A stretch of DNA of 64,000 nucleotides, taken from the NCBI GenBank assembly GCA_963816355.1, contig CAWFKH010000004.1, positions 224,001 through 288,000 of the forward strand, given 5' to 3'. This DNA is from an uncultured Gemmatimonadales bacterium (lineage in GTDB: Bacteria; Gemmatimonadota; Gemmatimonadetes; Longimicrobiales; RSA9). Shown in pieces: positions 38,089-49,893 of this stretch. The notes below the pieces were generated by a model that saw nothing but the letters and a program-made list of their open reading frames with translations, did not search any database and had not been told where the DNA came from. Within the stretch, counting starts at the first letter, position 1. Every line of letters starts with the position of its first letter. The position numbers were made by a program, and so were the translations under genes.

Positions 38089-38985
38089 TCAAGCGTCGCC
38101 CGCGAGGGCGGGCTCTCGCAGCAGGGCGCGGACGAGCGCGGCGAAGCGGGCGGAGGCGCGTCGCCCCGCCTCCATGACGTCCGCGTGGCTCAGCGGCGTG
38201 GGGCTCAGCCCCGCCGCCGGGTTGGTGATGAGGGAGATGCCGAGCACGCGCAGTCCGAGCGCGCGCGCGACGATCACCTCCGGCACGGTGCTCATGCCCA
38301 CGGCGTGGGCGCCGAGGCGCTGCAGCATGCGGACCTCGGCCGCGGTCTCGTAGCTGGGACCGAGGAGGGCGCAGTAGACGCCGCGACGCAGGCCGATCCC
38401 CTCGCGCAGCGCGACGCGCGCGGCCACCTCCTGCAGCTCGCGGTCGTACGGCGCGGACATGTCGGGAAAGCGCGGCTCGCCGGCGGGCGCCGGACCGATC
38501 AGCGGATTGCGTCCCATCAGGTTGATGTGGTCGTCGATCAGCATGAGGTCGCCCGCGCCGAAACGCGGGTCGAGGCCGCCCGCGGCGTTCGTGACGAGGA
38601 GCGTGCGCGCGCCGAGCGCCGCGAGCACGCGCACCGGCAGGCCGACGCGGCGCGGATCGTGGCCCTCGTAGAGGTGGAAGCGGCCCTGCATCACGACGCA
38701 CGGAAAGCCCTCGAGGCGGCCCGCGACCAGGCGACCGCGGTGACCGGCGACGGCCGACGCGGCGAAGCCGGGGATCTCGCCGAACGGCACCGCCACGGCG
38801 TCCTCGACCTCGTCGCCCAGACCACCCAGGCCGGAGCCGAGGATCATCATGACGCGCGGCGTCCACCCCGGCGCCGCGACGCGCGAGCGCACGTGAGCGG
38901 CGGCGCTGCCGACCATCGCCGCCAGCCCGGCGGCCGTCCCCTCGGCTGCCGCCGCGCCCCCCGCCGCCGCGTCGCGCCCGCTCAC
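38089..38985 (-). CDS. Purine-nucleoside phosphorylase (trimeric PunA/XapA type)
   Basis: ILGSGLG, QGRFHLYEG, TNAAGG, GPSYETAAE, GMSTVPE, ITN. Confidence 0.95.
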   Translation of the reverse strand: MSGRDAAAGGAAAAEGTAAGLAAMVGSAAAHVRSRVAAPGWTPRVMMILGSGLGGLGDEVEDAVAVPFGEIPGFAASAVAGHRGRLVAGRLEGFPCVVMQGRFHLYEGHDPRRVGLPVRVLAALGARTLLVTNAAGGLDPRFGAGDLMLIDDHINLMGRNPLIGPAPAGEPRFPDMSAPYDRELQEVAARVALREGIGLRRGVYCALLGPSYETAAEVRMLQRLGAHAVGMSTVPEVIVARALGLRVLGISLITNPAAGLSPTPLSHADVMEAGRRASARFAALVRALLREPALAGDA

Positions 38986-40730
38986 ACCACCATCCCGGCG
39001 ACGGTCGCGGTGAGGAAGGAGGCGATCGAGCCGGCGATCATGGCGCGCAGGCCAAGGCGGGCGAGGTCGCTACGGCGCTGCGGTGCGAGACCGCCGATGC
39101 CGCCGATCTGGATCGCGATCGAGCTGAAGTTGGCGAAGCCGCAGAGCGCGTAGGTGGCGATGATCACGGAGCGCGGCGAGAGGTTCACGCCGGAGGTGAG
39201 GTCGGTCGCGAGCTGGAGATAGGCGACGAACTCGTTCACCGCGGACTTGATGCCGATCAGCGATCCCACCACCGGCGCGTCCTTCCACGGCACACCCATG
39301 ATCCAGGCGAGCGGCGCGAGCAGCCAGCCGAAGATCGCTTCGAGCGTGAGCGGCTGCCCCTGCGCCAGCCAGCCGTGCGCGTGCAGCAGCGCCGTGATGC
39401 CGACCCAACCCGACACCAGCCCGAGCAGTGCGTTCAGCAGCGCGATCAGCGCGATGAACGCGAGCAGCATCGCGCCCACGTTGAGCGCGAGCGAGAGGCC
39501 GTCGGCCGCGCCGCGCGAGGCCGCGTCGATCACGTTCGCGTCCGTCGTTGGAACCTGGATGTTGAGGCTGTCGCGCGTCTCCGGCTGCTCCTTCTCCGGA
39601 TACATCAGCTTGGCGACGACGAGCGTGGCGGGCGCGGAGATGACGCTCGCGGCCATCAGGTGGCCCGCGATGTCAGGAAACACTCCCACGAGCATCCCGA
39701 CATAGGCGGCCATCACGCCCCCCGCGACGGTCGCGAAGCCGCCCGTCATCACGGCCATCAGCTCCGAATTCGTCATGCGCGCGACGAACGGCTTGATCAG
39801 CAGCGGCGCCTCCGTCTGGCCGAGAAAGATGTTGCCCGCCGTCGACAGCGTCTCGGCCCCGGACGTGCGCATCGTCCGCATCATCACCCACGCCACTCCC
39901 TTCACCGCCTTCTGCATCACGCCCAGATGGTAGAGCACCGTCATCAGGGACGAGAAGAAGATGATCGTGGGCAGCACGTTGAAGGCGAAGTACGCCCCTG
40001 TGTTCGCGGAGAGCTGCGGCGTCGCCGAGAACGCCGCGTTGCCGCCCGCCTCCCCCGCGCCCACCGGCACGTTGTTCCACACCAGGTTGCCGAAGAGGAA
40101 CTTCGCACCGTCCACGGTGAAGCCGAGCAGCGCCACGATCACCCGGTTCGCCCCGGCGAAGACCGCCGCCCCCACCGGCGTGCGCAGGATGAAGAGCGCG
40201 AAGACGAACTGCAGGGCCATGCCCCACAGGATGATCCGCCACGGCACCACCTTGCGGTCCACACTCATCAGCCACGCGATGAACAGCAGAACGGCCATGC
40301 CGAACAGCGAGATCAAACGTTCGTACCACGCGGTCGAAACGTTCGCGCGCGCCTCGCGCAACGCCTGCGCCGCCGTCCTGCCGCCCTGCCCGGGGGCCGT
40401 CCCCACCGTCGTGTCGGCCTGCCGCGGGACCGACCCCACCGCCGTGTCGCCCTGCCGCGGGGCGCTCGCCGCCGCGCCCGTCGGCTCCTGCGACGACGAC
40501 GCCGGAGCCGCGACGCCGGCGGGTGCCGTGGCTCCGCCGCCCGCCGTGGCTTCGCCGCCGGTCGTGGCGGCGGCCGATTCCGCGCCGCCGGGCGCCGCCG
40601 CCGCGCTGCCGGCCACCGCCAGCATCGGCGCGGACTGCGCCCACAGCGTGCCGCCCCGCGCGAGAACCATCGCCGACGCCACGCCCATCGCGAGGGCGAT
40701 CGCGACCACGTGCAACTTCTTCATTGCCAT
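38982..40730 (-). CDS. nupC: NupC/CNT family nucleoside transporter with long N-terminal extension
   Basis: FAFNVLPTIIFFSSL, NIFLGQTEAPL, GFATVAGG, NEFVAY, YALCGFANFSSIAI. Confidence 0.93.
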   Translation of the reverse strand: MAMKKLHVVAIALAMGVASAMVLARGGTLWAQSAPMLAVAGSAAAAPGGAESAAATTGGEATAGGGATAPAGVAAPASSSQEPTGAAASAPRQGDTAVGSVPRQADTTVGTAPGQGGRTAAQALREARANVSTAWYERLISLFGMAVLLFIAWLMSVDRKVVPWRIILWGMALQFVFALFILRTPVGAAVFAGANRVIVALLGFTVDGAKFLFGNLVWNNVPVGAGEAGGNAAFSATPQLSANTGAYFAFNVLPTIIFFSSLMTVLYHLGVMQKAVKGVAWVMMRTMRTSGAETLSTAGNIFLGQTEAPLLIKPFVARMTNSELMAVMTGGFATVAGGVMAAYVGMLVGVFPDIAGHLMAASVISAPATLVVAKLMYPEKEQPETRDSLNIQVPTTDANVIDAASRGAADGLSLALNVGAMLLAFIALIALLNALLGLVSGWVGITALLHAHGWLAQGQPLTLEAIFGWLLAPLAWIMGVPWKDAPVVGSLIGIKSAVNEFVAYLQLATDLTSGVNLSPRSVIIATYALCGFANFSSIAIQIGGIGGLAPQRRSDLARLGLRAMIAGSIASFLTATVAGMVV

Positions 40731-40761
40731 GACGCTCCGGTGTTTTCGCGTGGGCGACCCG

Positions 40762-41522
40762 CTACATCGCGCCGGGCGTGAGCCACCGCCCTCTGCGGCG
40801 GGTGACGAGATCGGGTCTGCGGAACAGCGAGATCAACAGGAGCCCGCACACGAAGCCTCCGATGTGTGCCCCGTACGCCACTCCTCCTCCCGCCGTCGCC
40901 GGCGCCGCGAGGTTCTGGACCACCTGCAGAACGAACCACTCGGCCAGGATGAACCAGGCGGGGACCGCAAAGATTCTAACGATGACGATGAAAATGAACA
41001 GCGTCTGGATGCGTACCCGCGGGTAGAGCAGCAGGTAGGCACCCATGATACCGCTGATCGCGCCGGACGCGCCGATCGTCGGGATCGGCGACTTCGGACT
41101 CAGGAACACCTGCGTCAGGCCGGCCACCACGCCGATCAGCAGATAGAAGACGACGAAGCGGAAATGCCCCATCGAATCCTCGATGTTGTTCCCGAAGAGC
41201 CACAGAAACCACATGTTCCCCAGCAGGTGCAGCCAGCCGCCGTGGAAGAACATGCTCGTCACCACCGCCTGCCACGTCAGACCCCCGAACGCGCACGCCG
41301 CACCCGGGCCGAGCTGCACGCCCGCCGATCCGCCCGTGAGTCCGGTCACCTCCGCCGGGATCACTCGTAGCGGCACACGTAGCGGCACACCGACTCCGCC
41401 AGCGCCGCTGGCTCGAAGCCGCCACCCTGCACGTACAGCCACACCGCCACGTTGGCCAGGATGATCCCGAAGGTGACGAACGGCGTCAGCTCGGTGGGAT
41501 TCTCGTCGCGAAGCGGGAACAC
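40762..41522 (-). pseudogene. Rhomboid intramembrane serine protease, frameshifted near 41361-41390
   Basis: N-terminus (GTG)FPLRDENPT...ESVCRYVCRYE* is in one frame; HGGWLHLLGNM, GASGAI and AHIGG are in another. Real lesion or assembly error. Confidence 0.7.
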
Positions 41523-41548
41523 GGTCTCTCCCGGAGGTCGGGCGCGCC

Positions 41549-41578
41549 AGAATAGGCGTGCGTGCGCGGGCATGTCAA
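41549..41578 (-). promoter_or_regulatory. sigma70 promoter for rhomboid-nupC-PNP-xapX
   Basis: Minus strand TTGACA-N18-TATTCT. Confidence 0.65.
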
Positions 41579-41645
41579 ACGACGCTGCGGGCGGCGGCTC
41601 CGGGAGCCCGGGGTCCCGGCGCGGATCGCGGCGGCGCGCCGCATC

Positions 41646-41688
41646 TGCCACCTTGGCATGCCGCCCCACGAAACGTGTCGAAATGGCG
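41646..41688. promoter_or_regulatory. Candidate activator sites upstream of dnaK
   Basis: Palindrome TGCCA-CCT-TGGCA (41646-41658) and degenerate copy TGTCG-AAA-TGGCG (41676-41688). Confidence 0.4.
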
Positions 41689-41707
41689 CGAAAATCGACC
41701 CCATGCG

Positions 41708-41723
41708 TGGCATGTCCGTTGCA
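41708..41723 (+). promoter_or_regulatory. Putative sigma54 promoter of dnaK
   Basis: TGGCATGTCCGTTGCA, near-consensus -24/-12. Confidence 0.7.
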
Positions 41724-41806
41724 AAACCGCAGCGTGGATTCCGGACGTACGCGCGGGTGCCAGCGGGTGCCGGGCGCTTCCCTTGATAGAGGCTCGAGGA
41801 GTGGAC

Positions 41807-43744
41807 ATGGCGAACAAGGTGATCGGCATCGACCTGGGGACGACGAACTCGGTCGTCGCGGTGATGGAGGGCGGCGATCCGGTGGTCATCCCGAATGCCG
41901 AGGGCGGCCGGACGACGCCGTCGGTGGTCGCGTTCACCAAGGACGGGGAGCGTCTGGTGGGACAGGTGGCGCGGCGGCAGGCGATCACGAATCCGCGCAA
42001 CACGATCTTCTCGATCAAGCGCTTCATGGGGCGCAAGAGCGGGGAGGTGGAGGCGGAGCAGAGCCGGGTGCCGTACGACATCCGGACGGACTCGCAGGGT
42101 CGGGTGGAGATTCACGTTCCGAACGCGGACAAGACGTTCACGCCGCCGGAGCTTTCGGCGATGATCCTGCAGAAGATGAAGCAGACGGCCGAGGACTACC
42201 TGGGCCAGGAAGTGAAGCAGGCGGTGGTGACGGTGCCGGCGTACTTCAACGACTCGCAGCGGCAGGCGACGAAGGACGCGGGGAAGATCGCGGGGCTGGA
42301 GGTGCTGCGAATCATCAACGAGCCGACGGCGGCGGCGCTGGCGTACGGTCTGGACAAGAAGAAGGACGAGGTGATCGCGGTCTACGACCTGGGCGGCGGG
42401 ACGTACGACATCTCGGTGCTGGAGCTGGGGGACGGCGTCTTCGAGGTGAAGGCGACGAACGGAGACACCCACCTGGGCGGTGACGACTTCGACCAGCGGG
42501 TGATCGACTGGCTGGTAGAGGAGTTCAAGCGCGACCAGGGGATCGACCTGTCGAAGGACGCGATGGCGCTGCAGCGTCTGAAGGAGGCGGCGGAGAAGGC
42601 GAAGATGGAGCTGTCCTCGACGATGCAGACGGACATCAATCTGCCGTTCATCACGGCGACGCAGGAGGGTCCGAAGCACCTGAACATCACGCTGACGCGG
42701 GCGAAGTTCGAGCAGCTCGTGGACGACCTGATCCAGCGCACCATCCCGCCGATGAAACAGGCGCTCGCGGACGCGGGGCTCGATCCGAACAAGGTCGACG
42801 AGGTGATCCTGGTCGGCGGCTCGACGCGCATCCCGAAGGTCCAGCAGGTCGTGAAGGACTTCTTCGGCAAGGACCCGCACCGTGGCGTGAACCCGGACGA
42901 GGTGGTGGCCGTGGGCGCGGCGATCCAGGGCGGCGTGCTCGCCGGCGACGTGAAGGACGTGCTGCTGCTCGACGTGACGCCGCTTTCGCTCGGGATCGAG
43001 ACGCTGGGCGGCGTGATGACCGCGCTGATCCCCCGCAACACGACAATCCCCACGAAGAAGTCGGAGGTGTTCTCGACGGCCGAGGACAACCAGACGACGG
43101 TCGAGATCCACGTGCTGCAGGGCGAGCGTCCGATGGCGATCGACAACAAGACCATCGGCCGCTTCCAGCTCACGGGCATCCCGCCGGCGCCGCGCGGCCT
43201 GCCGCAGGTCGAGGTGACCTTCGACATCGACGCCAACGGCATCCTGCACGTGAGCGCCAAGGACCGCGCGACGGGGAAGGAGCAGAAGATCCGGATCGAG
43301 GCGTCGAGCGGCCTGTCGGAGCAGGAGATCGACCGCATGGTGAGCGACGCGGAGTCGCACGCGAGCGAAGACAAGCAGCGTCGCGAGAAGATCGAGACGC
43401 GCAACCAGCTCGACTCGCTCGTCTACCAGGTCGAGAAGGACAGCAAGGAGTGGGGCGACAAGGTCTCGGCGGACGCGCGCACCCGCCTCGAGAGCGCGCT
43501 CGAGCGCGCGCGCAAGGCGCTCAAGCAGGACGAGCTCGGCGAGCTGAACTCCGCCCGCGACGAGCTGATGCAGGCGTTCAGCGCGGCGGGGCAGCAGATG
43601 TACCAGGCGCAGGCGGCACAGAACGCGGAGCAGCCGGCCGGCGCGGCGGAAGGCGCGGCCGAGGCAGAGCAGCCGGCGGCCGCGACGGCGGACGAGAACG
43701 TCGTCGAAGCGGACTACGAGATCGTCGAGGAGGACAAGGGGTAG
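41807..43744 (+). CDS. dnaK: Chaperone DnaK
   Basis: [33 protein letters not shown]-terminal [17 protein letters not shown]. Confidence 0.99.
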   Translation: MANKVIGIDLGTTNSVVAVMEGGDPVVIPNAEGGRTTPSVVAFTKDGERLVGQVARRQAITNPRNTIFSIKRFMGRKSGEVEAEQSRVPYDIRTDSQGRVEIHVPNADKTFTPPELSAMILQKMKQTAEDYLGQEVKQAVVTVPAYFNDSQRQATKDAGKIAGLEVLRIINEPTAAALAYGLDKKKDEVIAVYDLGGGTYDISVLELGDGVFEVKATNGDTHLGGDDFDQRVIDWLVEEFKRDQGIDLSKDAMALQRLKEAAEKAKMELSSTMQTDINLPFITATQEGPKHLNITLTRAKFEQLVDDLIQRTIPPMKQALADAGLDPNKVDEVILVGGSTRIPKVQQVVKDFFGKDPHRGVNPDEVVAVGAAIQGGVLAGDVKDVLLLDVTPLSLGIETLGGVMTALIPRNTTIPTKKSEVFSTAEDNQTTVEIHVLQGERPMAIDNKTIGRFQLTGIPPAPRGLPQVEVTFDIDANGILHVSAKDRATGKEQKIRIEASSGLSEQEIDRMVSDAESHASEDKQRREKIETRNQLDSLVYQVEKDSKEWGDKVSADARTRLESALERARKALKQDELGELNSARDELMQAFSAAGQQMYQAQAAQNAEQPAGAAEGAAEAEQPAAATADENVVEADYEIVEEDKG

Positions 43745-43775
43745 GCGGCCGGCGACTCCGCACCCCGGCTGCATG

Positions 43776-43882
43776 GAGGGCGCGGCGTTTCTCCGCGGAG
43801 GGCGCCGCGCTTCTCGCTGAGGGCGCCGCGCTTCTCGCTGAGGGCGCGGCGTTTTCTCGCTGAGGGCGCCGCGCTTCTCGCG
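43776..43882. repeat. About 5 x 21-22-bp tandem repeat downstream of dnaK
   Basis: GAGGGCGCCGCGCTTCTCGCT-like units at about 43776, 43798, 43819, 43840 and 43862. Confidence 0.85.
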
Positions 43883-43896
43883 GGGGGCGCGGCGGG

Positions 43897-44111
43897 GTTT
43901 CACGCGGAGGGCGCGGGGGTCGCGGGGGGGGGGACCGGCGTCACGCGAGGTGCGCGGCACGACCAGCATGCGTTTTTTCGGTGGTTCTTCGGCTGCGAAC
44001 GGGCGTCGCGCGACGAGACCCGAATAATACCGCCGGCTGCAATGCGATGCCGTTCGCCCCGCGCCACGAACCCTCCCGGCGGCGAACCCCTCCGCGACCT
44101 CCGCGTGAAAC
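43897..44111. repeat. REP/MITE-like element bounded by 14-bp inverted repeats
   Basis: GTTTCACGCGGAGG (43897-43910) and CCTCCGCGTGAAAC (44098-44111). Confidence 0.55.
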
Positions 44112-44183
44112 AAACCCAGCGGCGACCCGGCCTCGCCGCGAAGCGTCCACGAGCGGCCGGATCGCAGCAGCGGCGACGTCGAT

Positions 44184-44226
44184 CCGGGCTCGCGCGTCGT
44201 GCGGCGCGGGAGCCCGGCCCTTTTTT
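44184..44226 (+). terminator. Intrinsic terminator-like hairpin
   Basis: CCGGGCTC...GAGCCCGG stem with inner pairing, followed by CCCTTTTTT. Confidence 0.6.
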
Positions 44227-44288
44227 CGCGCACGTCTCCGTGCGAGATTCAGGAATCGTCCGTCACGATCCTCCCTCACCCCACCTCG

Positions 44289-45815
44289 ATGCCAGATCGT
44301 ATCGGCCGCCGCGGCGCCGCCGTCGCCGTTGCCCTGATCGCCTTCACCGCCGGCGCGGGGATCACCGCTGGGTTACGGCGCCCCGCGGCGCAGGCGCGGG
44401 TGCGCACGACGCAGCCGCGGCTGCAGGACGTCCGCCCCGTGGCCGAGCTGAGCCAGGCGTTCATCGCCATGGCGGAGGCCGTCACGCCCGCGGTCGTGCA
44501 GATCCAGGCGGAGCGGCCGGCGCCGCTGGACGCGGACGCGGCGCCCACCGCGCGCGACATGCTGGACGCCCCGCGCGACGAGGTCGCGCCCGGCGGTGAG
44601 GCGACGCCGGAGATCGCGGGCGGGACCGGCTTCATCGTGGCGGACGACGGCTACATCGTGACGAATCACCACGTGGTGGCGGACGCGAGCCGGATCACGG
44701 TGACGCTTTACGACAAGCGTGTCTACGACGCGGAGCTGGTGGGGAGCGATCCGACGACGGACGTGGCGGTGATCCGCATCCCGGCGAAGCACCTGAGCGC
44801 GGCGAGGCTGGGCGACTCCGACCGGGTCCGCGTGGGAGAGTGGGTCCTCGCCGTGGGCAACCCCGGCTTCGGGCCCGAGAGCACGCTCGACTTCACGGTC
44901 ACCAGCGGGATCGTGAGCGCGAAGGGGCGCCCGCTCGACATCCTGAACGTCGAGCTGCAGGAGGAGCGGGACCCGGCAGCGTCGTACGCGATCGAGGACT
45001 TCATCCAGACGGATGCGGTGATCAACCCGGGCAACTCCGGCGGGCCGCTGGTCGACCTGCACGGCGAGGTGATCGGCATCAACACCGCGATCGCGAGCGG
45101 CACCGGCTACTACCAGGGTTACGGCTTCGCCATCCCCTCGAACCTCGTGCGACGCGTGATGACGGACCTGATCGAGTACGGCGAGGTGCGGCGCCCCGCG
45201 CTCGGCGTCTCGATCCGCAACGTCCGCCCGGAAGACGCCGAGGTCTACCGGCTGCCGTCGATCTCCGGCGCGCTCGTGGAAGATTTCACCGGCGCGGGCG
45301 CCCCCGCGCAGGAGGCGGGCCTGCGCCGCGGCGACGTCATCGTCGCCGTCGACAGCGTGGCGGTCGAGCGCGTCGGCCAGGTGCAGCGGCTGGTCGCCCA
45401 GCACCGGCCGGGGCAGACGGTGCGGGTCGCCGTCGTGCGGGAGGGGTCGCGCCGGGCCTTCGACGTGCGCCTGACGACGGCGCCGATCCCGATCCGGCAC
45501 GCGGCGCCGGTTGCGGTGGCGGCGCCCGCGGCGCCGGCGCTCGGCATCCAGGTCGGCGGGCTCTCGGCGTCGCTGGCGGAGCGGCTCGGCTTCGCGCGTC
45601 CGGGCGGCGCCGTCGTCCTGCGCGTCCAGCCCGGCAGCGCGGCGGAGCGGCTGATCTACCCGGGCGATCGCCTGCTCTCCGTGGACGGCCGCGAGGTCGC
45701 GTCGGTCGGCGACGCCCGGGCGGGTCTGGAGCACCTGCGCTCGGGCCAGGTCGTGTCGCTGCTGCTCGAGGACGCGTCCGGCGCCACGCACATCGCGAAC
45801 ATCCGCGTCCCCTGA
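44289..45815 (+). CDS. HtrA/DegP-DegQ family serine protease with two PDZ domains
   Basis: [34 protein letters not shown]; signal peptide; ATG 44289. Confidence 0.93.
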   Translation: MPDRIGRRGAAVAVALIAFTAGAGITAGLRRPAAQARVRTTQPRLQDVRPVAELSQAFIAMAEAVTPAVVQIQAERPAPLDADAAPTARDMLDAPRDEVAPGGEATPEIAGGTGFIVADDGYIVTNHHVVADASRITVTLYDKRVYDAELVGSDPTTDVAVIRIPAKHLSAARLGDSDRVRVGEWVLAVGNPGFGPESTLDFTVTSGIVSAKGRPLDILNVELQEERDPAASYAIEDFIQTDAVINPGNSGGPLVDLHGEVIGINTAIASGTGYYQGYGFAIPSNLVRRVMTDLIEYGEVRRPALGVSIRNVRPEDAEVYRLPSISGALVEDFTGAGAPAQEAGLRRGDVIVAVDSVAVERVGQVQRLVAQHRPGQTVRVAVVREGSRRAFDVRLTTAPIPIRHAAPVAVAAPAAPALGIQVGGLSASLAERLGFARPGGAVVLRVQPGSAAERLIYPGDRLLSVDGREVASVGDARAGLEHLRSGQVVSLLLEDASGATHIANIRVP

Positions 45816-45875
45816 GACGGCGCCGAAGGCGGCCAGAACGCGGCGGCGCTTGACGTTGCGGCGGCCCGGATTCGG

Positions 45876-45904
45876 TTGATCGGCCGCGTCGCTGCGGTTA
45901 GATT
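45876..45904 (+). promoter_or_regulatory. sigma70 promoter for tRNA-Leu/tig
   Basis: TTGATC-N17-TAGATT, 15 nt before the tRNA. Confidence 0.65.
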
Positions 45905-45919
45905 TCGGCGCGACAGCGT

Positions 45920-46001
45920 GCGAAAGTGGCGGAACCGGTAGACGCGCGAGATTTAGGATCTCGTGGGCTTGCCCGTGGGGGTTCGAGTCCCCCCTTTCGC
46001 A
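45920..46001 (+). tRNA. tRNA-Leu (anticodon TAG); CCA not encoded
   Basis: Acceptor stem GCGAAAG/CTTTCGC-A; anticodon arm CGAGA-TTTAGGA-TCTCG; long variable arm; T-loop GTTCGAGTC. Confidence 0.95.
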
Positions 46002-46019
46002 TCTGTGGGGTCCTCGTTG

Positions 46020-47339
46020 ATGGAAGACGCGGTGGAGACGAAGACGAGCGAGTTGACGATCGACGTCGAGGAGCCGAAGGGCTGGGCTCGCCGACTGACG
46101 ATCACGGTTCCGGCCGGGCGGGTCGAGAAGGAGCGGGCGTCGGTCGCGAGCCGGATCCGCTCCCGCGTGCGCCTGCCGGGATTCCGCAAGGGCCGGGTCC
46201 CCGAGAGCGTGGTCAACCGGCAGTTCGGCGACGCGATCCAGAGCGAGACGGTCGAGCGGATCGTGGACGCCGCCTACCGCGAGGCGCTGCGCGAGAAGGG
46301 GATGCAGCCGATCACGCAGGGCGAGGTCGACGGGGTGGAGTACGAGCCCGGCGCGGACCTGACCTTCTCGGTGCGCTTCGAGGTGCGGCCGGAGATCGAG
46401 ATCGCGCGCACCGGCGGCTTCGCCGTCGAGCGGCCGCCGAGCGAGGTGGCGGAGGAGGACGTGGAGCGGGTGCTGAGCCGGCTGCGCTCCGAGCACGCGG
46501 AGTGGACGGCGGCGGAGTCGGGCAAGCCGACGCCCGGCGACCGCGTCACGGTCGAGATCACGCCGGTCAAGGAAGGCGAGGAGCCGAAGCCGCGTCGCTA
46601 TCAGATCGTGGTCGGCGAGGGTCAGGCGATCTCGGACGTCGAGTCGGCGATCCAGACCCTGGAGGTCGGAGGCTCCGGCGAGTTCGTGATCTCGCTGGCG
46701 GGCGGCGAGGAAGCCGAGGGCGAGGAGCAGCAGCGGGTGCGGATCGAGCTGTTCGAGCTCGAGCAGCCGGAGCTGCCGGAGCTGGATGACGCGTTCGCCC
46801 GCCACCTGGGTGACTTCGAAGGCGCCGACGACCTCCGCGTCAAAGTTCGCGAGGACCTGCAGCGTGAGGCGAACGCGGAGGCGGAGGCGCAGGTCCGCCG
46901 CGCCCTGGTCGACCGCATCATCGAAGCGAACGCCTTCGACGTGCCGGATGCCATGGTGCGCCAGTACGTCGACGGCCTCTTCCCGCGCGGGAAGGACACG
47001 CCCGCCGAGAAGGTGTCGGAGATGTATCAGATGGCGTGGCCGGCGGCGGAGCGCGCGATTCGTCGCTCGCTCGTCGTCGAGCGGGTGGCGGAGATGGAGT
47101 CGCTGCGGCCGTCGGCGGAAGAAGTGGATGCACGGGTCGAGGAGATCGCGGAGCGCGCCGGCCGCCCGGTCGGAGAGGTGTGGGCGCAGCTACAGAAGAG
47201 CGGCCGACTCGACCGCCTGGAGAACGAGATCCTGGAGGAGAAGGTCTTCGATTTCCTGAAGTCGAAGTCGGAGATCCGCATTGCGGGCGGGGGCGCGCAG
47301 TCGCCGGCGTCCGAGACGCCGAGGGGCAGAAAGAAATAA
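46020..47339 (+). CDS. tig: Trigger factor
   Basis: [10 protein letters not shown] ribosome-binding motif; LPELDDAFA; upstream of clpP. Confidence 0.95.
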   Translation: MEDAVETKTSELTIDVEEPKGWARRLTITVPAGRVEKERASVASRIRSRVRLPGFRKGRVPESVVNRQFGDAIQSETVERIVDAAYREALREKGMQPITQGEVDGVEYEPGADLTFSVRFEVRPEIEIARTGGFAVERPPSEVAEEDVERVLSRLRSEHAEWTAAESGKPTPGDRVTVEITPVKEGEEPKPRRYQIVVGEGQAISDVESAIQTLEVGGSGEFVISLAGGEEAEGEEQQRVRIELFELEQPELPELDDAFARHLGDFEGADDLRVKVREDLQREANAEAEAQVRRALVDRIIEANAFDVPDAMVRQYVDGLFPRGKDTPAEKVSEMYQMAWPAAERAIRRSLVVERVAEMESLRPSAEEVDARVEEIAERAGRPVGEVWAQLQKSGRLDRLENEILEEKVFDFLKSKSEIRIAGGGAQSPASETPRGRKK

Positions 47340-47971
47340 TGCCGACGATCTATCCGCCGTACGTCATCGAACGATCGAGCCGGGGCGAGCGCAGCTACGA
47401 CATCTTCAGCCGGCTGCTGATGGACCGCATCGTCTTTCTGGGGACCCCGATCGACGACAACGTCGCGAACATCATCATCGCACAGCTCCTCTTCCTCCAG
47501 GCGGACAACCCGGAGAAGGAGATCTTCCTCTACATCAACTCGCCGGGCGGCCAGATCTACGCCGGCCTGGCGATCTACGACACCATCCAGTACCTGAGCG
47601 CGCCGGTGTCGACGATCTGCATGGGCATCGCGGCGTCGATGGGTGCGGTGCTGCTCGCGTCGGGGGCGGCGGGGCGGCGGAGCGCGCTGCCGAACGCGCG
47701 GATCATGATCCACCAGCCGTCGGGCGGCGGGCAGGGAACGGCGGCGGACATCGAGATCCAGGCGAAGGAGATCCTGTACGCGCGCGAGCGATTGAACGAA
47801 ATTCTAGCCAGGCACACGAACCAGTCCAAGGAAAAGATCGCGGAAGACGTGGATCGGGACCGGTTCATGAGTCCGCTCGAGGCGAAGGAGTACGGGCTCA
47901 TCGATCAGGTCATCACCAGCCGCAACGAGGTGATGGCGAGCGGCAACGGCCAACCGGCCGACGAATCGTAA
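47339..47971 (+). CDS. clpP: Clp protease proteolytic subunit
   Basis: [32 protein letters not shown]. Confidence 0.98.
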   Translation: MPTIYPPYVIERSSRGERSYDIFSRLLMDRIVFLGTPIDDNVANIIIAQLLFLQADNPEKEIFLYINSPGGQIYAGLAIYDTIQYLSAPVSTICMGIAASMGAVLLASGAAGRRSALPNARIMIHQPSGGGQGTAADIEIQAKEILYARERLNEILARHTNQSKEKIAEDVDRDRFMSPLEAKEYGLIDQVITSRNEVMASGNGQPADES

Positions 47972-48034
47972 CCGTGGTTCCCGGGCGCCGCCACGGCGCG
48001 CCCGGGCGGCTTCCCTTCGCTCCGAACGAGCGCC

Positions 48035-49267
<1,233 letters not shown>

Positions 49268-49275
49268 ACCGGCGC

Positions 49276-49893
49276 GTGAAGATCCAGGACGTGGAATTCG
49301 CCGGTGCGATCGCGACCCCGGGGGCGGCGCCTCCGGGGTCGCTTCCGCAGGTGGCCTTCTCGGGCCGCTCGAACGTGGGCAAGTCGAGCCTGATCAACCG
49401 CCTCCTCGGCCGCACGCGGTCCAAGGTCGCGCGCGTCTCCGGCACACCGGGGAAGACGCAGGAGATCAACTTCTACCGGGTACGGACGGCCCCCGGGTCG
49501 GGAGCCGGCGAATTCTACCTGGTCGACCTTCCCGGCTACGGCTACGCCCGGGTGCCATCCGCGAAACGGGACGCCTGGCGGCCGCTGATCGAGTCGTATC
49601 TGGAGCGGACCGGCCAGATCCGGGGTGTGGTCCAACTCATCGACGCGCGTCATCCGCCCACCGCGGACGACCGCCGCATGGTCGCCTTCCTCGGCTCGAT
49701 CGAGCGGCCGGCGCTCTTCGTCCTGACGAAGATGGACAAGCTGAAGCACAGCGAGCGCGAGGCTCGCGTGCGGGACACGATCGCGGCGCTCGACGTCGAT
49801 GCGGAGCAGGTCGTTCCCTTCTCCGCGGTGACGGGCGAGGGGCGCGAGGACCTCCTGCAGGCGCTCGACGCGCTGCTCGGAGGCGGGGGATGA
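49276..49893 (+). CDS. engB: Ribosome biogenesis GTPase YihA/EngB
   Basis: [26 protein letters not shown] 49276. Confidence 0.95.
   Translation: MKIQDVEFAGAIATPGAAPPGSLPQVAFSGRSNVGKSSLINRLLGRTRSKVARVSGTPGKTQEINFYRVRTAPGSGAGEFYLVDLPGYGYARVPSAKRDAWRPLIESYLERTGQIRGVVQLIDARHPPTADDRRMVAFLGSIERPALFVLTKMDKLKHSEREARVRDTIAALDVDAEQVVPFSAVTGEGREDLLQALDALLGGGG

Noticed and set aside
43776..43930. Possible CRISPR array (also considered at 14143-14259)
   Set aside because: Repeats are directly adjacent with no unique spacers, and there are no cas genes.
41486..44233. 915-aa ORF antisense to dnaK
   Set aside because: Long antisense frames opposite hsp70 genes are a known by-product of codon bias in GC-rich DNA; no independent motifs or start signals.
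45920..46020. tRNA-Leu as an island insertion site
   Set aside because: Followed directly by tig; no integrase or duplicated tRNA 3' end seen.
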